DNA from: Orbicella franksi
Lineage: Eukaryota
DNA: 64,000 nt
Assembly: GCA_964199315.1 (NCBI GenBank)
Contig: OZ116698.1
Span: forward strand, 15,748,001-15,812,000
Direction: 5' to 3'
Below, in pieces: positions 10,301-23,689 of the stretch. The notes under the pieces were generated by a model. That model did no database searches. It was not told the origin of the DNA and was given only the letters and a program-made list of their open reading frames with translations. Each line of letters opens with the position of its first letter. The first letter of the stretch is position 1. A program made the position numbers and the translations under genes.

Positions 10301-13300
10301 AGGTCCTCTATGCTGGCCAAATTGGAATTTGGAGATGTTGATTTTTGTGGTGGGGGAAAAACTGGTCAGGAGTAGCCGGAGAAAAACCCTCGGAGCAAGG
10401 TGAGAACCAACAATAAACTCAATCCAGCACTGGGCTGGAATCACACCCAGACAACATTTCTTGGAGGTGAGCTTTCTCACCACTGAGCAATCCCTGCTTC
10501 CCATCAACCTCATATAGTAGCATTAAATTTCAGTGCTTGACTTGTTTGGCAGCTCATTACCTGTGCTAAACTAGTCACTATACTTCTCCAAATGTTGTCA
10601 AAGCCACTGGTTAATTTGTTTGGGATGAGATTTTCCAGAATCCATTCCAGGGTTGAGTCAGACACACGACAGTATTCGAACAACACAGTAAATACATCCT
10701 CTGCATCTGGCAAATACACCAAATCTTACACTAAGAGAACATCATCATGATGAAATACATCATTAATAATGGTAATGATGCTGCATTTATACAGTGCATT
10801 GCTTTACAATAAGCCATTTTCAAGTTGCCTTGTACCTCTGTTTCTTTGTGCAAAACCTCTTCTTATGAAAACAAGTTTGATTTGCATGAAAATGAAACTG
10901 TAGGCAGAACTCATTTTCATATGAATGGTTTTGCACAAAGACTCCTTTCGACACAGAGGCAAAAGGCAACTCGGAAATGGCGCATTCAACTTGGGGTGAA
11001 ATTAGACTCCACTCGATGTATTTGCTACTTCATGGCACCCACCTCACCCACAAATATAATGTGAATGAGTCAGGCCACAATATCAGAGACTAAATCTTCC
11101 TCTATTTTTGACACTGATGGGAGCTCTTCAACAGCCCTTACAAATAATTTACTACCAGAACATCAGTTTGAGTTTTTGCTCTAGCAAAATAGACTCAGTT
11201 CAGCTAGAGACAAAGTGCACTCCTGGGTGGAGAGAGGCATTTCAAGAGAAATTTGCCTTGCCATGAAGACAACAGAATAACCTAGGCCAGTGTTCCAATC
11301 AAAATGCATTATTTAAAGTACACATTTCAAGATAAAGGAGGAATGAAATCTGTTACCATAGTCTAAGTCTTTATCAGTCATCCACTTGTTTCCAGACTCC
11401 TCACACACCAACAACAAACAGTCAGGAATGGACAACTTGTGCGTTATGTATGCTGCACTGAAGAGTTGCTCCAAATGAAGTGGAATAGTCCAGTCTGTTG
11501 AAAATATTATAACGAACAGCCAATCTCAAAATCTCCTTAAAAAGTGCTAAGTGAACATACTTAATAATTTCTTTACACAGGTTGTTGACTCAAAAAAATC
11601 CATTAAATGTTGGAAGAACATAATTATTAAGATGATTGTGAATCACAAAAGGGTCTGTTTTCATCAATGCCTTAAAAAACAGGGGTTATTTTACCTTTAC
11701 CAACTTCAAGTTGATAATCATTCACAGAAGTCCTGTCACTAATTATAAGTGTTTCTAATCAACGGCCCACCAATACAAAATAACAGTTTCTCTTACTAAT
11801 TTACGCACTATTCAATTTGTTTTAGACATTAATAGTAGGTTTATTGAGATACTTGTTCTTTAGTACTCAAGACAGTACAAAAAGATATATAAAGTCAAAC
11901 CAATGAAAGAAAAGTAAAGTCCATTTAAACAGTACACTTCTCCCATTTCTCTGATTTTCAAGGGAAAATCTGGCAATCCCTTAATGTTTGACAAAACACA
12001 TGCTGGGACTGAGACCTGAAAATGTTGGAAACACCTTCAGAAATCTTTGGAGTGTACTGGGAAATTTCCAGACCTTTTCAGATATGACTGGTTCCTCTTA
12101 AAAATGTAAGCTCTTCCAGGATAAATGATCTCACCCCAGCCTGTGATTCCCAAAACTGTTGGTAGGTATACTATGTCACCACTGAATATGTATTTTTCAA
12201 TCAGAGGTTGACAAAGGTCAGGTTATATTTTATCATGAACTTAAAACTGATGCAAAAATATTTTTAATTACCAAATCCATTCTTTAGCCTTTTCTGCAGC
12301 CATTCTACACCCTTAGCAAATGAAGGGTTTGTTTTGAGTACCTCAAAACAAATCTTGATTTCATCCTCCAAAGCCTTGAGTACCAGTTCTCTAAGCTCTT
12401 CTATCTCTGACAGAGAGTGCACTGGAGCTATACCATCCCAGAACACATTGCAATCATTCAGCAGCTCACACAGGCACAGGATGATAGGTAACACATGTTT
12501 TTGGAGGAATGGAAGTTGGACTGAAATGGATGCCATGACTGCTTCCATTGAGACATTGTGAAGTTTAAGGGCAAGGGCTGTGGGAATAGCTCCTTGAATG
12601 TTGTTGTTGTTCAGAAATGGTAGCACAATGGCCTCTGTAAACTCCTGAACACTGAGTAGTTGTGTAGGACTGAACTGTAAAACAGGTGACAGAAAACAGA
12701 GTAAACAACTGTCAACTGAAAAAAACTTGGATGCTTGTTTGCATTTTAACGTGTCTGAAAATGATTTGGAGAGAGTTTTGAATGACCAGTAGATTTAAAA
12801 TCAATTACTAGATTATTAATTATTATTTCGCCCTTGATTCTATGAAAGTTATATAGTTGACTCAGGCTGCACCCTCCTCAACCATCACACGACAGAAATC
12901 TCAAGATCATAATCTAATCATCAAATAGAAACACTCGTGAAAGTTTGGGCGAAACTGTGGAAACACTTGCCTGTCAGCTTGTGTTGCCACAGCATTTCAT
13001 GTTCTTAAGAACTTACACTTGTGTTTCTATAACTTGATAGAAACAAGGAAAATGTTTTTCTATTTCTCAAGTACAAATGCCAGCTTATAGCGCATGCCCT
13101 CTTTCATGCCGGCATAATAACAGATTACTTACAGTCAAAAAGGCAGCCATCATGTTCAACAGATTATTCTCCTGTTGTCTTGATGATACACTCACTGTGA
13201 CTGTAATGATTGCCTGGCAAAGTAGTGTTCTCGAGGAATCTGATTTGTCATGTCTCAACAAACACAATACAGGACACCTTTGCAGCACCTAACATATCAA

Positions 13301-14398
13301 AACAATGGTGACACCATAAAAATCATTTGGAAGAATTAACTAAAATATATCGACTATTGGCTTGTATCTGAGCATCCCCTTAGGGTACTAGGCAAATATA
13401 TTAACTTTAAGCAAATTAAAGATCAGAATTAATTATTACTGACACAATTTGGTAGCAATAAAAAGGTTTTGAAGTTTATTTTTTTAAGACTCCATAAACT
13501 GCATGCATTAGTACTGTCCTATGCAATGTCTGACTACTGGACATGTTGCTAATAACATCATACAGTAATCACCTTCCTCAGATCAATTTGTTCTTAAATC
13601 AAAGTATTGTTTTTAGATGTTTGGTCCCCTGGTGTCCATTCTCATTTTTTCACAACCTAACTAACTTGAATTTGTTTCAGAAACTGGTCAAAGTGGATTG
13701 TTATGCTACATTTCAAGATGACCTTACTTTCAAAACAAAATGACCTTATCTTCTACTTGTCAGAGAAGATGACTTATTGATCGATTACTATCCCAATTTG
13801 TTTTCAATCTTGACAATGTTGTCAATCCATACTTCTTAACTGGTTCCTGTTAATGTGAATTACTTTAAACCATTGTCTTGAAGTCTGATTTAATGATGAG
13901 TTACTAAGTCATGGAATCATAAAGAATAAGCCAAGCCACTGCTGGTGATTGTAGAAGTTAACTTACAGAACAGATTGTCTTTGTGTGACCGACACTTTTA
14001 ACTCCTTCCTCTAAAGCCTTGTTAAGAGTGAGGGGTACTGAAAGCAGTGCAGCTCTAGCCAGATCTATTGCAGATGACTGAAGTTGATCTTCCTCGCTAA
14101 TGTCAATCAGTTTATTGAAGGTCATAACAAGCTCCTGCTGAAATGCCATTCTCTCCTCAGCCACCAACCAAGGGTGAAAGAATATTGACTCATTTTCAGG
14201 ACATCTTAAAGAGCAACTCATGAAGAAAGCATACTCTATGATCTGTTGCTGAGCAGAACAAGGCAACTGGGATTGCAAAGTCAACAAAGTCTGAAAGTGA
14301 ATTGAAACCAAAACAAAATGGTTACTAACCATGGACATCAGAGCTATACTACTGATACTGCCAGATGACATAGTTTCTGACTAATTAAAAATTGATTC

Positions 14399-14430
<32 letters not shown>

Positions 14431-17400
14431 CATTATCATTCCCAAAGTACTAAAGGACACTGCTGGGTTGCCATGACTAAGATGATGCCTCATTGACTCC
14501 ACGCCACATTACTTCACAGCATTTTGTTGGTCAAATAGAACTCATCAGAAGGTCAGACTGTAAAAAGTTGAACCCACTCATGGCTGCCACTGTTGAAGAG
14601 GACAAAACTTCCCTAACCTAACTACTTGTAAACAATAATTAAAAGGTAATTTCTTTATGTTACTTTTCTCTCATTTTTTTTTTTAAATATCTTCAACACT
14701 CTTGACCTGTGGCTGTCAGGCTATAGCAATCCTACCACAGAGGTTTGTGTAAACCCCACAGCTCTAGGGGTGAAAGGCTTACACAAGGACTTTCAAAGCT
14801 GATATTTTTTACTTCTGTTTCATTTATAATAATTACAGCAAGGTATGTAATGAGACATAAAGTACTATGTTTTTATTGTGTTTCTGAAAGCCAAAAACCC
14901 AACCATCTAATTTGAATACGAGTTTAACACTTACCACACACATTATTTAGTTACCATCAATGAAAATAGCTTACACTCACTTTATAAATACATGTAGATA
15001 AATCTATAGTACATACACACAGTGCATAAATATATTAGTTTACCTCTTTCATTTCTCTGTAGACTGTGTCATTGGATTTCTCATCAGCACAAAGACACTG
15101 CCTTTGCATGTAGATAATGTCAATCATTTTAAGAGCATGTTGAACATCACTTATCTCAACTGCATGGTTCCTCATGCATTCCAGCCAATCAGATTCTCCG
15201 TGAAATTCCTCTGCACTCAGTAACCAATCAAAACATTCCTTATAGTCTTCTAACCTGCCATCAACTATTTGTAAGTAGAAGCGGAATTGTTCTTCCGTAG
15301 TTTCTGGCTGAAAGAGCAACAAATCCACGGATCCTGAAATTGAATGGACAGAAAAGTAGCTAAGACTTTTATCCTTGAGTCTTCCACAGTCACCCAAACA
15401 ATATCATTAAGTATGACAGTAAAATGTAATGAGTACTACCTTCCTACATGTATATAGTGTGAAAGTTTGGGAGAATTTCAAAAAACCATGGAAACACTCA
15501 TCAGTAGTTCATATTCTCATAACATTTCTCCCTTTCTCAAACTTCCATTCAGGCTTCTATAACTTAATGACATAAACATGGGAAATGTGTTACATTTCTA
15601 AAAGAATTATCTTTGTAAAAATATCATTGGAGATAACAAGATGACTTGTAACACTTTGTTTGCTTACCAACTGGTGAAATGAATTCCTCTTTAAAGCAAC
15701 TTTCTTTGCAGTCAATCAATTCTCTTTTTTTAAAGCCATTGACCCATGTATGCTCATTCTCTGTCGCATATTCTTTGACATACCCCGAGAGACCATTTTG
15801 TAGCCTCACAGCTTGCTCCTGCAGCTTGTGGTCACCAGAGTACAAAACGAAAAAGCATGCCACAGCATAAAGTTTTATGATCCACTTGTGTAAAGGATGC
15901 CATGATCTGTAATCTATCTCACCAATACTATTCAATTGATCATCTTGATCCCAGCATGATGTTACTCCCCAATCATTTATAATAACATGACATAGAAAAT
16001 CAAAACAAGCTGTACATTCAGCTGAAACAACAAGGTCTGACATTTGTTTCTGTTGTCCATGAGCCTTTAGATCATCTCTATGGATTGATTTCACACTTGA
16101 TGTTTCTACCAGGCCATCACCCTCTACAGAACACGTCCCATGTTCACAGGATACAGAGTTTTGACCAAGCCAGTTTCTGGATAAGGTCTCCTCATTCCCT
16201 TTTGCACAATGTTTTCTAAAGTTCAAAGTAACAACATCTGTAATGGCGAAGTCAATAACAGTTTTAATTAAATCCAGCTGTGCTGCTGGCCAGTTGATAA
16301 AATCCCCTTTGAGGCTAGCTACACCTTCCAGCAACACTAATGAGTGAGACTTGGTTCCAGGCACATCACATAGTTTTCTCTCCTGTTCCTCAGTTGATGG
16401 ATGCTGATTTTCTGTCATTAACAAAGAGTTAAAAAGACAGAGAAAAAGAGAGAGATCTTTAAAGCTGGGGTCTTGGATAAGGCACTTGATGACATCCTCC
16501 AGAAGTGATGTTATGTTTTCCACACCAACGGCATAGAGACACTGTGATAACAAAAATAATATTGTGTAGTTCCTGAAAATATCTATACCTCCCCCACGGA
16601 AGAGATTTTTTCTAACACCTCCTCACCCCTCTGGAAATTCCAGTTAAGCTCCATAGATTTCTTTAAATTTTTTGGTCTTCCAGAACGCCTCACCCCCCAG
16701 GAAATTCCAATCCCTTCTGTGCCCAGGGGGAGTATGGATATTTTCTAGAACTGCACATTCAGATAAAATATATACCTATATATATTTTACATAAGTAACA
16801 ACCGATGTAACATCTGTGATTGCATATTTATAGCTGTTAAATTTCTTTTTAGTATCATATTGGATGTTGTTAATTAAAGACTGACATCCTGCAAGTGAAG
16901 TGAGAAGACCACGAAGGCTTGAATATTTCTATTTAAGAATGAATATGGCCTTAATGCTTTGTTTAAAAACAAAATATATGAAGAAAGGATCACCAGACTA
17001 GCCTGCATTTTGTATCAGGACTGCAATCTGCATTTTGTATTAGGTCTGCAGTCTGCATTTTGTATCTAGTATGCATTTTGTATCAGTGTGGGAAACACAA
17101 GAAAGGCGTCCACACTTTCACAATTTCACGATTCACAGATTTTAATCACCCGATCCCAAAAACACACGGCGCTCAAAGTCCACACTGAAGAACATAAAAA
17201 CCCTGCACCCTAAAAACCTACACAAAAAGCTGTTGTTGTCTAGTTGAGATAAACAATCCTCATTACAATAATCAATCAACAATCACTATCAATCAACAAT
17301 CACTAATGCTTTGTGCAATTTCCAACATCAGGCCTGCAGTCTGCACAGTGTGCATTTTGCAATGGGTCTTTAGTCTGCATTTTGCACTGAATGGTTACAT

Positions 17401-18101
17401 TGGCCTCAACAACCAGAGACTCAAGATTTTGTATCAATTTAATTTTAATATGTTTAATTTTTAGTTATAGGTCCCTTTACAAGACTCCTCAAGCTTATAG
17501 CTCTTATAGTTATTAGTTGAAATAAAGGTGATCTATATCTATGTAGCTATTTACCACAAAATAGCACATTGACCAATAAAATTTTACACTGCAGGTTAGT
17601 ATACACCTATGGACTTTGCACAAAGACGGTATCAGAGCTCTTTAAATTACATACCTCTACCAAAAGCTCACTCCATCCCACTTCCTGCACCAGCTCTAGG
17701 TAAAAACTAACGCCAATTTGGGGCAAAGGCGGAAAGCTGTCAAAATAATCTTCCTCGGGTGACTCGCCAAACTCAAGGCCACCATATCTCCTAAACAGCG
17801 AGGAGAATACCCAGGAATGGATCTTAAACTCAAGTTCTGTAGCTCCCACTTCGTGTAAATTGTTTTTCTCGTCAAGAGGTGATTTCTGCGTCATTTCCAC
17901 GATAGCCTCTGAAACGATTTGTATCGCTTTACTGCCCTTGCCTTTCTCTAACTCGTTTAGACCTCGGACAGCCTCTATATCCGCTAACAAAAACGCAGTA
18001 TGTACTACAACAGTTTCTGGGCAATAATTCATCTCTTTCAAACGAATAAACTCTTTCTCGTGTACCGATTCTCTCCACCTCCGCCGCCCGAACTCCGCCA
18101 T
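7136..18101 (-). CDS. GEMIN4: Gem-associated protein 4 (SMN complex component); 12 coding exons, ~1,099 codons, internal TGA at 8491-8489
   Basis: Exons 18101-17655, 16541-15668, 15333-15044, 14290-13967, 13288-13133, 12674-12272, 11494-11357, 10706-10561, 10020-9940, 9176-9125, 8577-8435, 7381-7136 are all GT-AG with matching phases and total 3300 nt. Motifs NYCPETVVVHTAFLLAD, LPHCTWKEWKRI, QLSALLFEMLEILRSPLCSAW and VFAHVCHVM...DQLFVLTLD match human Gemin4 as recalled ([59 protein letters not shown]...EPLYVLALE). Confidence 0.85.
7721..8383. mobile_element. Non-autonomous Mutator-like (MULE) element in GEMIN4 intron 11
   Basis: ~35-bp perfect TIR tggcaggtatattttgcaggttgcaggttgaaatt; 9-bp TSD cgcaagaac (7712-7720, 8384-8392). 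Confidence 0.88.
8435..8577 (-). CDS. GEMIN4: GEMIN4 exon 11, contains an in-frame TGA
   Basis: cttgcag|AT, phase 1, to AAT|gtgagt, phase 0; DVYQLSALLFEMLEILRSPLCSAWATPHV*LYVIRHYITAIKEIVDEN. Confidence 0.8.
8633..9115. mobile_element. Truncated Kolobok-like non-autonomous DNA element in GEMIN4 intron 10
   Basis: Starts ttaaagtgcatatgac (TTAA followed by an RR terminus); carries gttgccatagcaac at 8908-8921; right terminus missing. Confidence 0.55.
9125..9176 (-). CDS. GEMIN4: GEMIN4 exon 10
   Basis: Long pyrimidine tract ...ctgtatag|CCT, phase 0; PDFTESVPCLQKKESNQ; G|gtaatg, phase 1. The only candidate I found that fits both flanking phases. Confidence 0.7.
9940..10020 (-). CDS. GEMIN4: GEMIN4 exon 9
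   Basis: gttatag|ATT ... CAG|gtgctt; ILPHCTWKEWKRILEMCRHLIQRSILQ. Confidence 0.8.
10286..10502 (-). mobile_element. tRNA-derived SINE of a second family, degenerate
   Basis: Minus strand gggaagcagggattgctcagtggtgagaaagctc (A-box-like) ... ccgagggtttttctccggctactcc core. Confidence 0.65.
10561..10706 (-). CDS. GEMIN4: GEMIN4 exon 8
   Basis: tttgccag|AT, phase 1 (5' boundary uncertain; alternative aag acceptor 15 nt upstream) ... CAG|gtaatg; DAEDVFTVLFEYCRVSDSTLEWILENL...SLAQ. Confidence 0.7.
10808..10986. mobile_element. MITE
   Basis: TIRs aataagccattttcaagttgcc / ggcaactcggaaatggcgcatt. Confidence 0.7.
11357..11494 (-). CDS. GEMIN4: GEMIN4 exon 7
   Basis: ttcaacag|AC, phase 1 ... G|gtaaca, phase 1; DWTIPLHLEQLFSAAYITHKL... 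Confidence 0.78.
12272..12674 (-). CDS. GEMIN4: GEMIN4 exon 6
   Basis: ttttacag|TTC ... G|gtaatt; FSPTQLLSVQEFTEAIVLPFL...KNGF. Confidence 0.85.
13133..13288 (-). CDS. GEMIN4: GEMIN4 exon 5
   Basis: atgttag|GTG ... ACT|gtaagt; VLQRCPVLCLLRH...AFLT. Confidence 0.83.
13967..14290 (-). CDS. GEMIN4: GEMIN4 exon 4
   Basis: cactttcag|ACT (an in-frame alternative acceptor lies ~90 nt upstream) ... TCT|gtaagt; TLLTLQSQLPCS...TICS. Confidence 0.82.
14398..14438. repeat. (CAT)n microsatellite in GEMIN4 intron 3
   Basis: catcatcat run with rare variants; the minus-strand poly-Asp frame closes at TAG. Confidence 0.85.
15044..15333 (-). CDS. GEMIN4: GEMIN4 exon 3
   Basis: caatttcag|GA, phase 1 ... GAG|gtaaac, phase 0; SVDLLLFQPE...REMKE. 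Confidence 0.85.
15668..16541 (-). CDS. GEMIN4: GEMIN4 exon 2
   Basis: tatcacag|TGT, phase 0 ... G|gtaagc, phase 1; 874-nt open frame. Confidence 0.88.
16561..16759. mobile_element. MITE in GEMIN4 intron 1
   Basis: TIRs attgtgtagttcctgaaaatatc / gatattttctagaactgcacatt; relatives at ~25030-25150 and ~36200-36270. Confidence 0.7.
17655..18101 (-). CDS. GEMIN4: GEMIN4 exon 1
   Basis: aaaATGGCGG start at 18101 (alternative Met at MNYCPE); GAG|gtatgt donor; CpG-rich, as expected of a first exon. Confidence 0.85.
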
Positions 18102-18300
18102 TTTGGTTCTGTAAAGCCGCAATACATACTGCTGACCACTATGAAAAACCCGCGAATTTACGGTCGAGGGAGACTGGCACTAATCCTTATGCGATCTCTT
18201 TGCGCTAAAAGAACCTCCTGGCTTCTCGTTTGCGCGGTCTTGCGCTGTCCTGAAATTTTAGTAAGAAAAGTACAATCCTTTCTCAGTTGGCGGAATTTTC
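18102..18300. promoter_or_regulatory. CpG-rich GEMIN4 promoter, possibly bidirectional
   Basis: Local CpG density far above the gene body; tttgcgcgg E2F-like motif; plus-strand donor-like AAG|gttggt at 18349/18350. Confidence 0.5.
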
Positions 18301-18568
18301 GTTTGTTAAAAGGATATCCGATTTAGCAGCAATGACACTGAAGGAGAAGGTTGGTATATTGCAACTGTTGATCAAGGCAAATGTTATGAGGGAAAACCAT
18401 TCAAATGTTCAGCTGATCGATAACTTCTGCTGGGAAACCCTTTTCTGCCAAGAAACCAAATACGCTGTAAACTTGACATGTTATTTCAGCCTAGAAGCTT
18501 CAGATCTGTACTTCTCTAAAGACTTTTTAAATCTCGCAATTTGTTATTGAATATGCAATTAATTAGCA

Positions 18569-18738
18569 CAGTGGAACTTCCCCCCCCCCCCCCTTATCGT
18601 CCCTTACGGCCACCCTGTCAATATGGCCACTTCGTTATTACGACCACTTTATTCTGGCCACAACAAAAGATCAGTCCATCATTTTCTTTTCTGAAGAACC
18701 CCTGTTAACAGGGTCAGATTTAACAGGGCTCTACTGTA
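18569..18738. mobile_element. Tc1/mariner-type MITE, degenerate
   Basis: acagtggaac ... ctctactgta termini. Confidence 0.45.
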
Positions 18739-18930
18739 ATTGGACTGCATGTCATACAATAGCGCAGAGCTCGAGGCAATCATGCTAGCAATTTCAAATG
18801 AGCCTTACACTCTGTGCTTGTCCGATTTGGAAATTACTGGTGTGATTACTCTCTAAACTGTACTCCACATAGACCAATCACTGTTACTAAAATAACCGTC
18901 AACTTCAAGTATCCCTTTTGATAAGAGTTA

Positions 18931-19100
18931 AATAGACAATGTTCATATTCTCGGCATTGGATTGGAACTAACTTGCAAGTGAGGCTAATGCAAGGAGTCT
19001 TTTCAAATACAATTGACATTGATCTCTTTTTAATAATATTCCCCTGCATGAACCTCCATTGCAAGCTGGTTGCAGTCCAATGCCAAGAATATGAATATGA
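18931..19100. mobile_element. MITE with ~43-bp inverted repeats
   Basis: ttcatattctcggcattggattggaactaacttgcaagtgagg pairs with cctccattgcaagctggttgcagtccaatgccaagaatatgaa. Confidence 0.7.
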
Positions 19101-22100
19101 CCTACTGACTACCACAGCAACTTTGGAATATGAAATTTCAAGCATCAGCCAGTTAACCACATGGCTTTGGTTTTGTCGTAATTATCTCCGATAAAAAGTC
19201 CACACTTAAAACATCAGGTTTCCAAAGCCATTTTCTTATGGTGATTGACCTTGTCAACCTCAAGTTGAAAGGTAGGTTTCACTACTCTAGCTCAAGCAGA
19301 CATTTGCACTCAGACTACGTAGAGGCTAATTTCACACTCTCCATTTCACTTGTCAAGAGAGAAATGTAGTGCCCCAGGCAACTGGACCTGGGCTTTTCCT
19401 GCCTTGAGTGCTTTCTTACAGCTGTTAACAATGATTTGGCTGCATGGAGAAATTTTGGATCATATTAGTCATTCACTGTGGTCATGCAAAAGATGTGGGC
19501 ACCTACTCAAATGATGATTTCAGAAGGTATGGCTATATCGCCCTCTCTCCCCTTTGAATCAAGGGTAGGCCCAGTATGCACAGTCACGCACAGCAAAACA
19601 AAGACAAACAATGTACAGACTACATTTTGCAATTCTGCCAACAAACTACCTTTAATTAATTCCTTATTGTTATCTAAATACAGATGTCAGCTCTAACTTT
19701 ACTGCTTGTCTGCCTTTCTAAAAAAATTGTTTCGTTTTATTAATTGAATGGTGTACTATCTAATTATTACAGAATAATAATAATAATAATAATAATAATT
19801 AATGAGCTGTTTAGTTTTACAGTACTTAAAATATAAAATAAAAACAGTTTTTTTGCAAAGTTATATTATTTTGTCCAAGAATTTTATTTTTACTTCCTGT
19901 ATCTAATTATTTCTTCTTGTGTTACACTTTAAATGGAAAAATATGTTTAGATTTGTTTTTGTTTACTTTGCTGCCAAATAAAAACTAACTAATTTCTGTG
20001 TCTCATGAAAAGACGCAAAATGTGACCTGGAACTTCAGAACTCTTCTTGTATTAGTAGGTTATCAGGCATTGTTAAGCTCAATGTTAATATCAGCTCAGG
20101 TTAAGAGGCAAATCAAGAAGAATTCAGATGTTCCAAGTTTAGTGAAAACACAATAATTTTGAATTTGTGCTTGTACAAAATAAATGCCAAATTTATATAA
20201 GGCTGTGACAAAATAATATCACCCTGCTTCAAATAATAATTTCAGAAATTGCTTTGTCACAAGTCTACGCAGCCATTCACAAGTTGCCGTAAATTTGACT
20301 TGTTTCACATGTAGGAAACATCATCTTGGTCTGTGGTCAACTATACTTCTCATCTTTACCATTTTGCCAGTTAAAATACAGTGGAATCTCAATCCCCTAA
20401 AAGAATGGAAATTAGTTTTAAAAAATCAGGAGGTTTAATAAATTGAGGGTAAATTTGTCCTACCTTTTTCTGCTAAGGGAGCAAAATATTGGTTCAAGTA
20501 ATCAGGAGGGTTAGAAAAATTTAAATCCCACTAAATGTTTTGATAAATTTACACTTTGTCTATAAGTAAGCAGCTCAAAACTCTTAACATAAGTGACATT
20601 TCACACAAAGAAATGTACTTGAAATTATGCTATCTCTCATGCCTTTGACCAGCACGCTTTTGGTAATGTAAATCCTATATGTTTATAGGCTTTAAAAACT
20701 GAATACTTAATTATTAATAGCTTCATTGAAACAGGGTTAAACCTGGTCTTGTGCAGGATCATTCCTTGACGTGTGGAACACATACACACAGATAATTGTT
20801 ACTGTGAAACCTCTGTCAGTTGCAGGCCTTGGAAAGCGATTTAAACAAAGTAGTTGAATAATAAATTATTGGCAAACATATGAATATGGTAGTCCTAGCT
20901 AGACCATTGCATCACCCTTGTGAGATTGTATGAGGATGTATGCAATAATCTGATCAGTAAATTTTGTGTTAAGAAAACCTCTTGATAAAAAATTTGTACA
21001 ATGTATGCTTGACAATTCAATTCACTGGGCCAGTTTCAAACTGTATTTGTAAGAACCAACTCAAGGACATGTCACAGGTAAGTGGTTTTCCGGGGAAATG
21101 ATGTGATAAAAAATTATGTTTATTAGCTGTCATGAGAGGACAAAGGGATGATGCTAGCTTGTTTTGAAATCAGTATTCTGAGGTCTTGTCCAGTTGAATT
21201 TTAGTTGGGCACTAACTCCTTTAATGTTTCATATGGTCACATTGTAAGGCAGGCTGTAAATGAAGGGCTGTATGCAACAAGGTCCTTAAATAATCTGGTA
21301 AAAATACATGTACAGTGATGTGCAAGGTAATTTATGGACCTGTTTGCACCAAGCTCTTCAATTACATTACACAGGATATATACTTAACAAGACTCCAAAA
21401 CACCAATCTCAAAGTAATTTTTTGTCTGATCATGTGAGAGCAGCAAAATGACCAATTGTTTAATTTTCATGCCTTAATTCGCTTTAAGCTAAGCAGCATC
21501 CTTCCTTTGCCTCGTCTTGGCATTTTAACTTAATATTTAATATTTACAAAAAAAATTTGTGACAATTTCATTTTGCAGTTAAATGGTCAGGATATATTTT
21601 TTCTTTGTTTATAGGTTTTCATGACCTCATGAATAAAAATCAAAACATGGGATATTAGTAATCAAATGTTTAAAAACTACAGTTACCTGCTTTCATGATA
21701 AGAGAAACACTTCCTTGAGTTGGAACAGGCAAATACTTGTTTAGATAAATGTGAAATCAATGAATTTGGTGAGTGACCAATATGACTGGGTTTACAAATT
21801 ACTTTTCAAGCCAAACTCTTCTGTGTACTTTTGGAAAATTTTGGTGTAATGCAATGGTTTATGAGGACTTAAAGAAATGAATCTGAGATAAAAAGAAAGG
21901 TCAAATTTTATGGGTTGTATTGCCATGTGGCATTATGGTTTGACAATTGTAGCTCCATAGTTCAACGAAGTCCAACTGATGCATAACTCACAGAGGTTTC
22001 TGATTATTACAAATTTATTGTTTCACTGGTGACTGAATCATCATAATCATACTGCAGGTCATGTAGTTAAGGAGGTGATTATATGATGAATATCAACCCA

Positions 22101-23689
22101 GGCAGCACTTTCAGCCTGGTTAGGGAGGTTAAGATTTCAGCTTGCAGCTTCCGATACAAATCCTCTTGAGATGAAATTAGTCATTTAACACAAAGGTTTC
22201 TGTTCACCAATTGTATTCACCCCCTTAGTACATACTTGGAAACTTACATTACTTTTCAACCAGTCAGAGTGATCTAAACAATGCCACAAAGATTTGCATA
22301 ATTTAGCTATAGCTTACCATGAGATTATTACTAAAAACAGAGTAAGTTTCTTAGTTGTTATTTCTCTTGATCCACGTAGATAAGTCTGATCTTCAATTCC
22401 ACATTTCAAGGTTGCTGATTAAAAGTTCCTCTCTGTATTTCTGTTGTAAGTGTCTTTCTCGTGATGCTTGAATAAGACAATTGAGGTACCAAATGTTTGA
22501 AGTCCATGTAACTTAAACAAAACTGGCAGAAAACTCAGTCCAGCAAAAACAACTATCCACGCCACTGTTTGTTTTTATTTGAGATTATTTCAACTCACAA
22601 CTAACCTTTCTCTACGTAACTAATAAGTTTTGTCTGATGGTTTCACTTCCTTGTCAGGGCAAGTTGTCTGTCTCTTTTTGTTTGATTTATACTTGATGTG
22701 AATTCTCCAGCAGATTAATCACTTGAAGTGTAAACCAGTGGAAGTTGTGTTTAATGGTAAGGATGACATCATTAGCTGGATGAAATGATCCTGGAAACAG
22801 TAGCAAACAAATAACAATTTTCATTATTTAAATCAACAGTTAGAGTTGATCCTTTTTAATGAAAAGTGAGACTGTTCAAATTTCTAGTTGTCCCTAATAA
22901 TTATTTAATATTTAATATGATTTACTTATAATGCAGGTAGATTTGAAGAGGATTTTGACATGTAAATATCAAGTAGTCATCCATTAAAAACTACTGTAAA
23001 GCCCTCTCAGTCCAAAGCTTGAAACTTGAAAGATTTCACGGATTTCTTTTAAAACTTGATGGATATCATACATGCACATCAAGACTTTTGATTAATTGCC
23101 TCACCTCCCACTGTATTTTAATCAATCTGCCAGGCCTTGATGCCGCTTTCTTTCCCTGCTGTGGAGAACCGTCAGCTTCAGGTGGTCTTTGCATGGTCAT
23201 CCTACTGATCCTTCGTCTGGTGCCTAGGCCATCACTATGTTGTGGTCATTATTGTGATCCTGTGACAATATTTAATCCCCGTTATTACACTATCAGCACA
23301 TCAATACTGACTTAAAAGTCAGAATGCTCATTTCAATATTTTATTGAGCTGGGTTATTTTACCTGTTGAGTGTTCTTGGTGTTTACCAAAAGGATTAAAA
23401 TCTCTGAGAAATCATTCATGACCTGTTGAATTTCAGAAAATAAACATTTCTTAACATCAAAGAACAACAGGTCTTGTGATTTGATACCCCAGCACTTCGG
23501 CCATTTCACCATCACAAAACTTACCACCCTTCCTTCAAGATGATGATATGTTATATTGGGACACTTTTTGGAGGGGAGTGAGATAATTAAGTTTAAGATG
23601 TATACCTTGTGATAATTTTAAAAGCACTTACTTGCTTTTCACCCATCTCTACATAGTCAACTCTTCCTCATGCCAAGTGAACACCCTAT

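Noticed and set aside
11070-11140. Protein-like AVEELPSVSKIEEDLVSDIVA* in GEMIN4 intron 7
   Set aside because: Only phase-2 acceptors are available while exon 7 ends in phase 1, and it terminates in TGA without a good donor.
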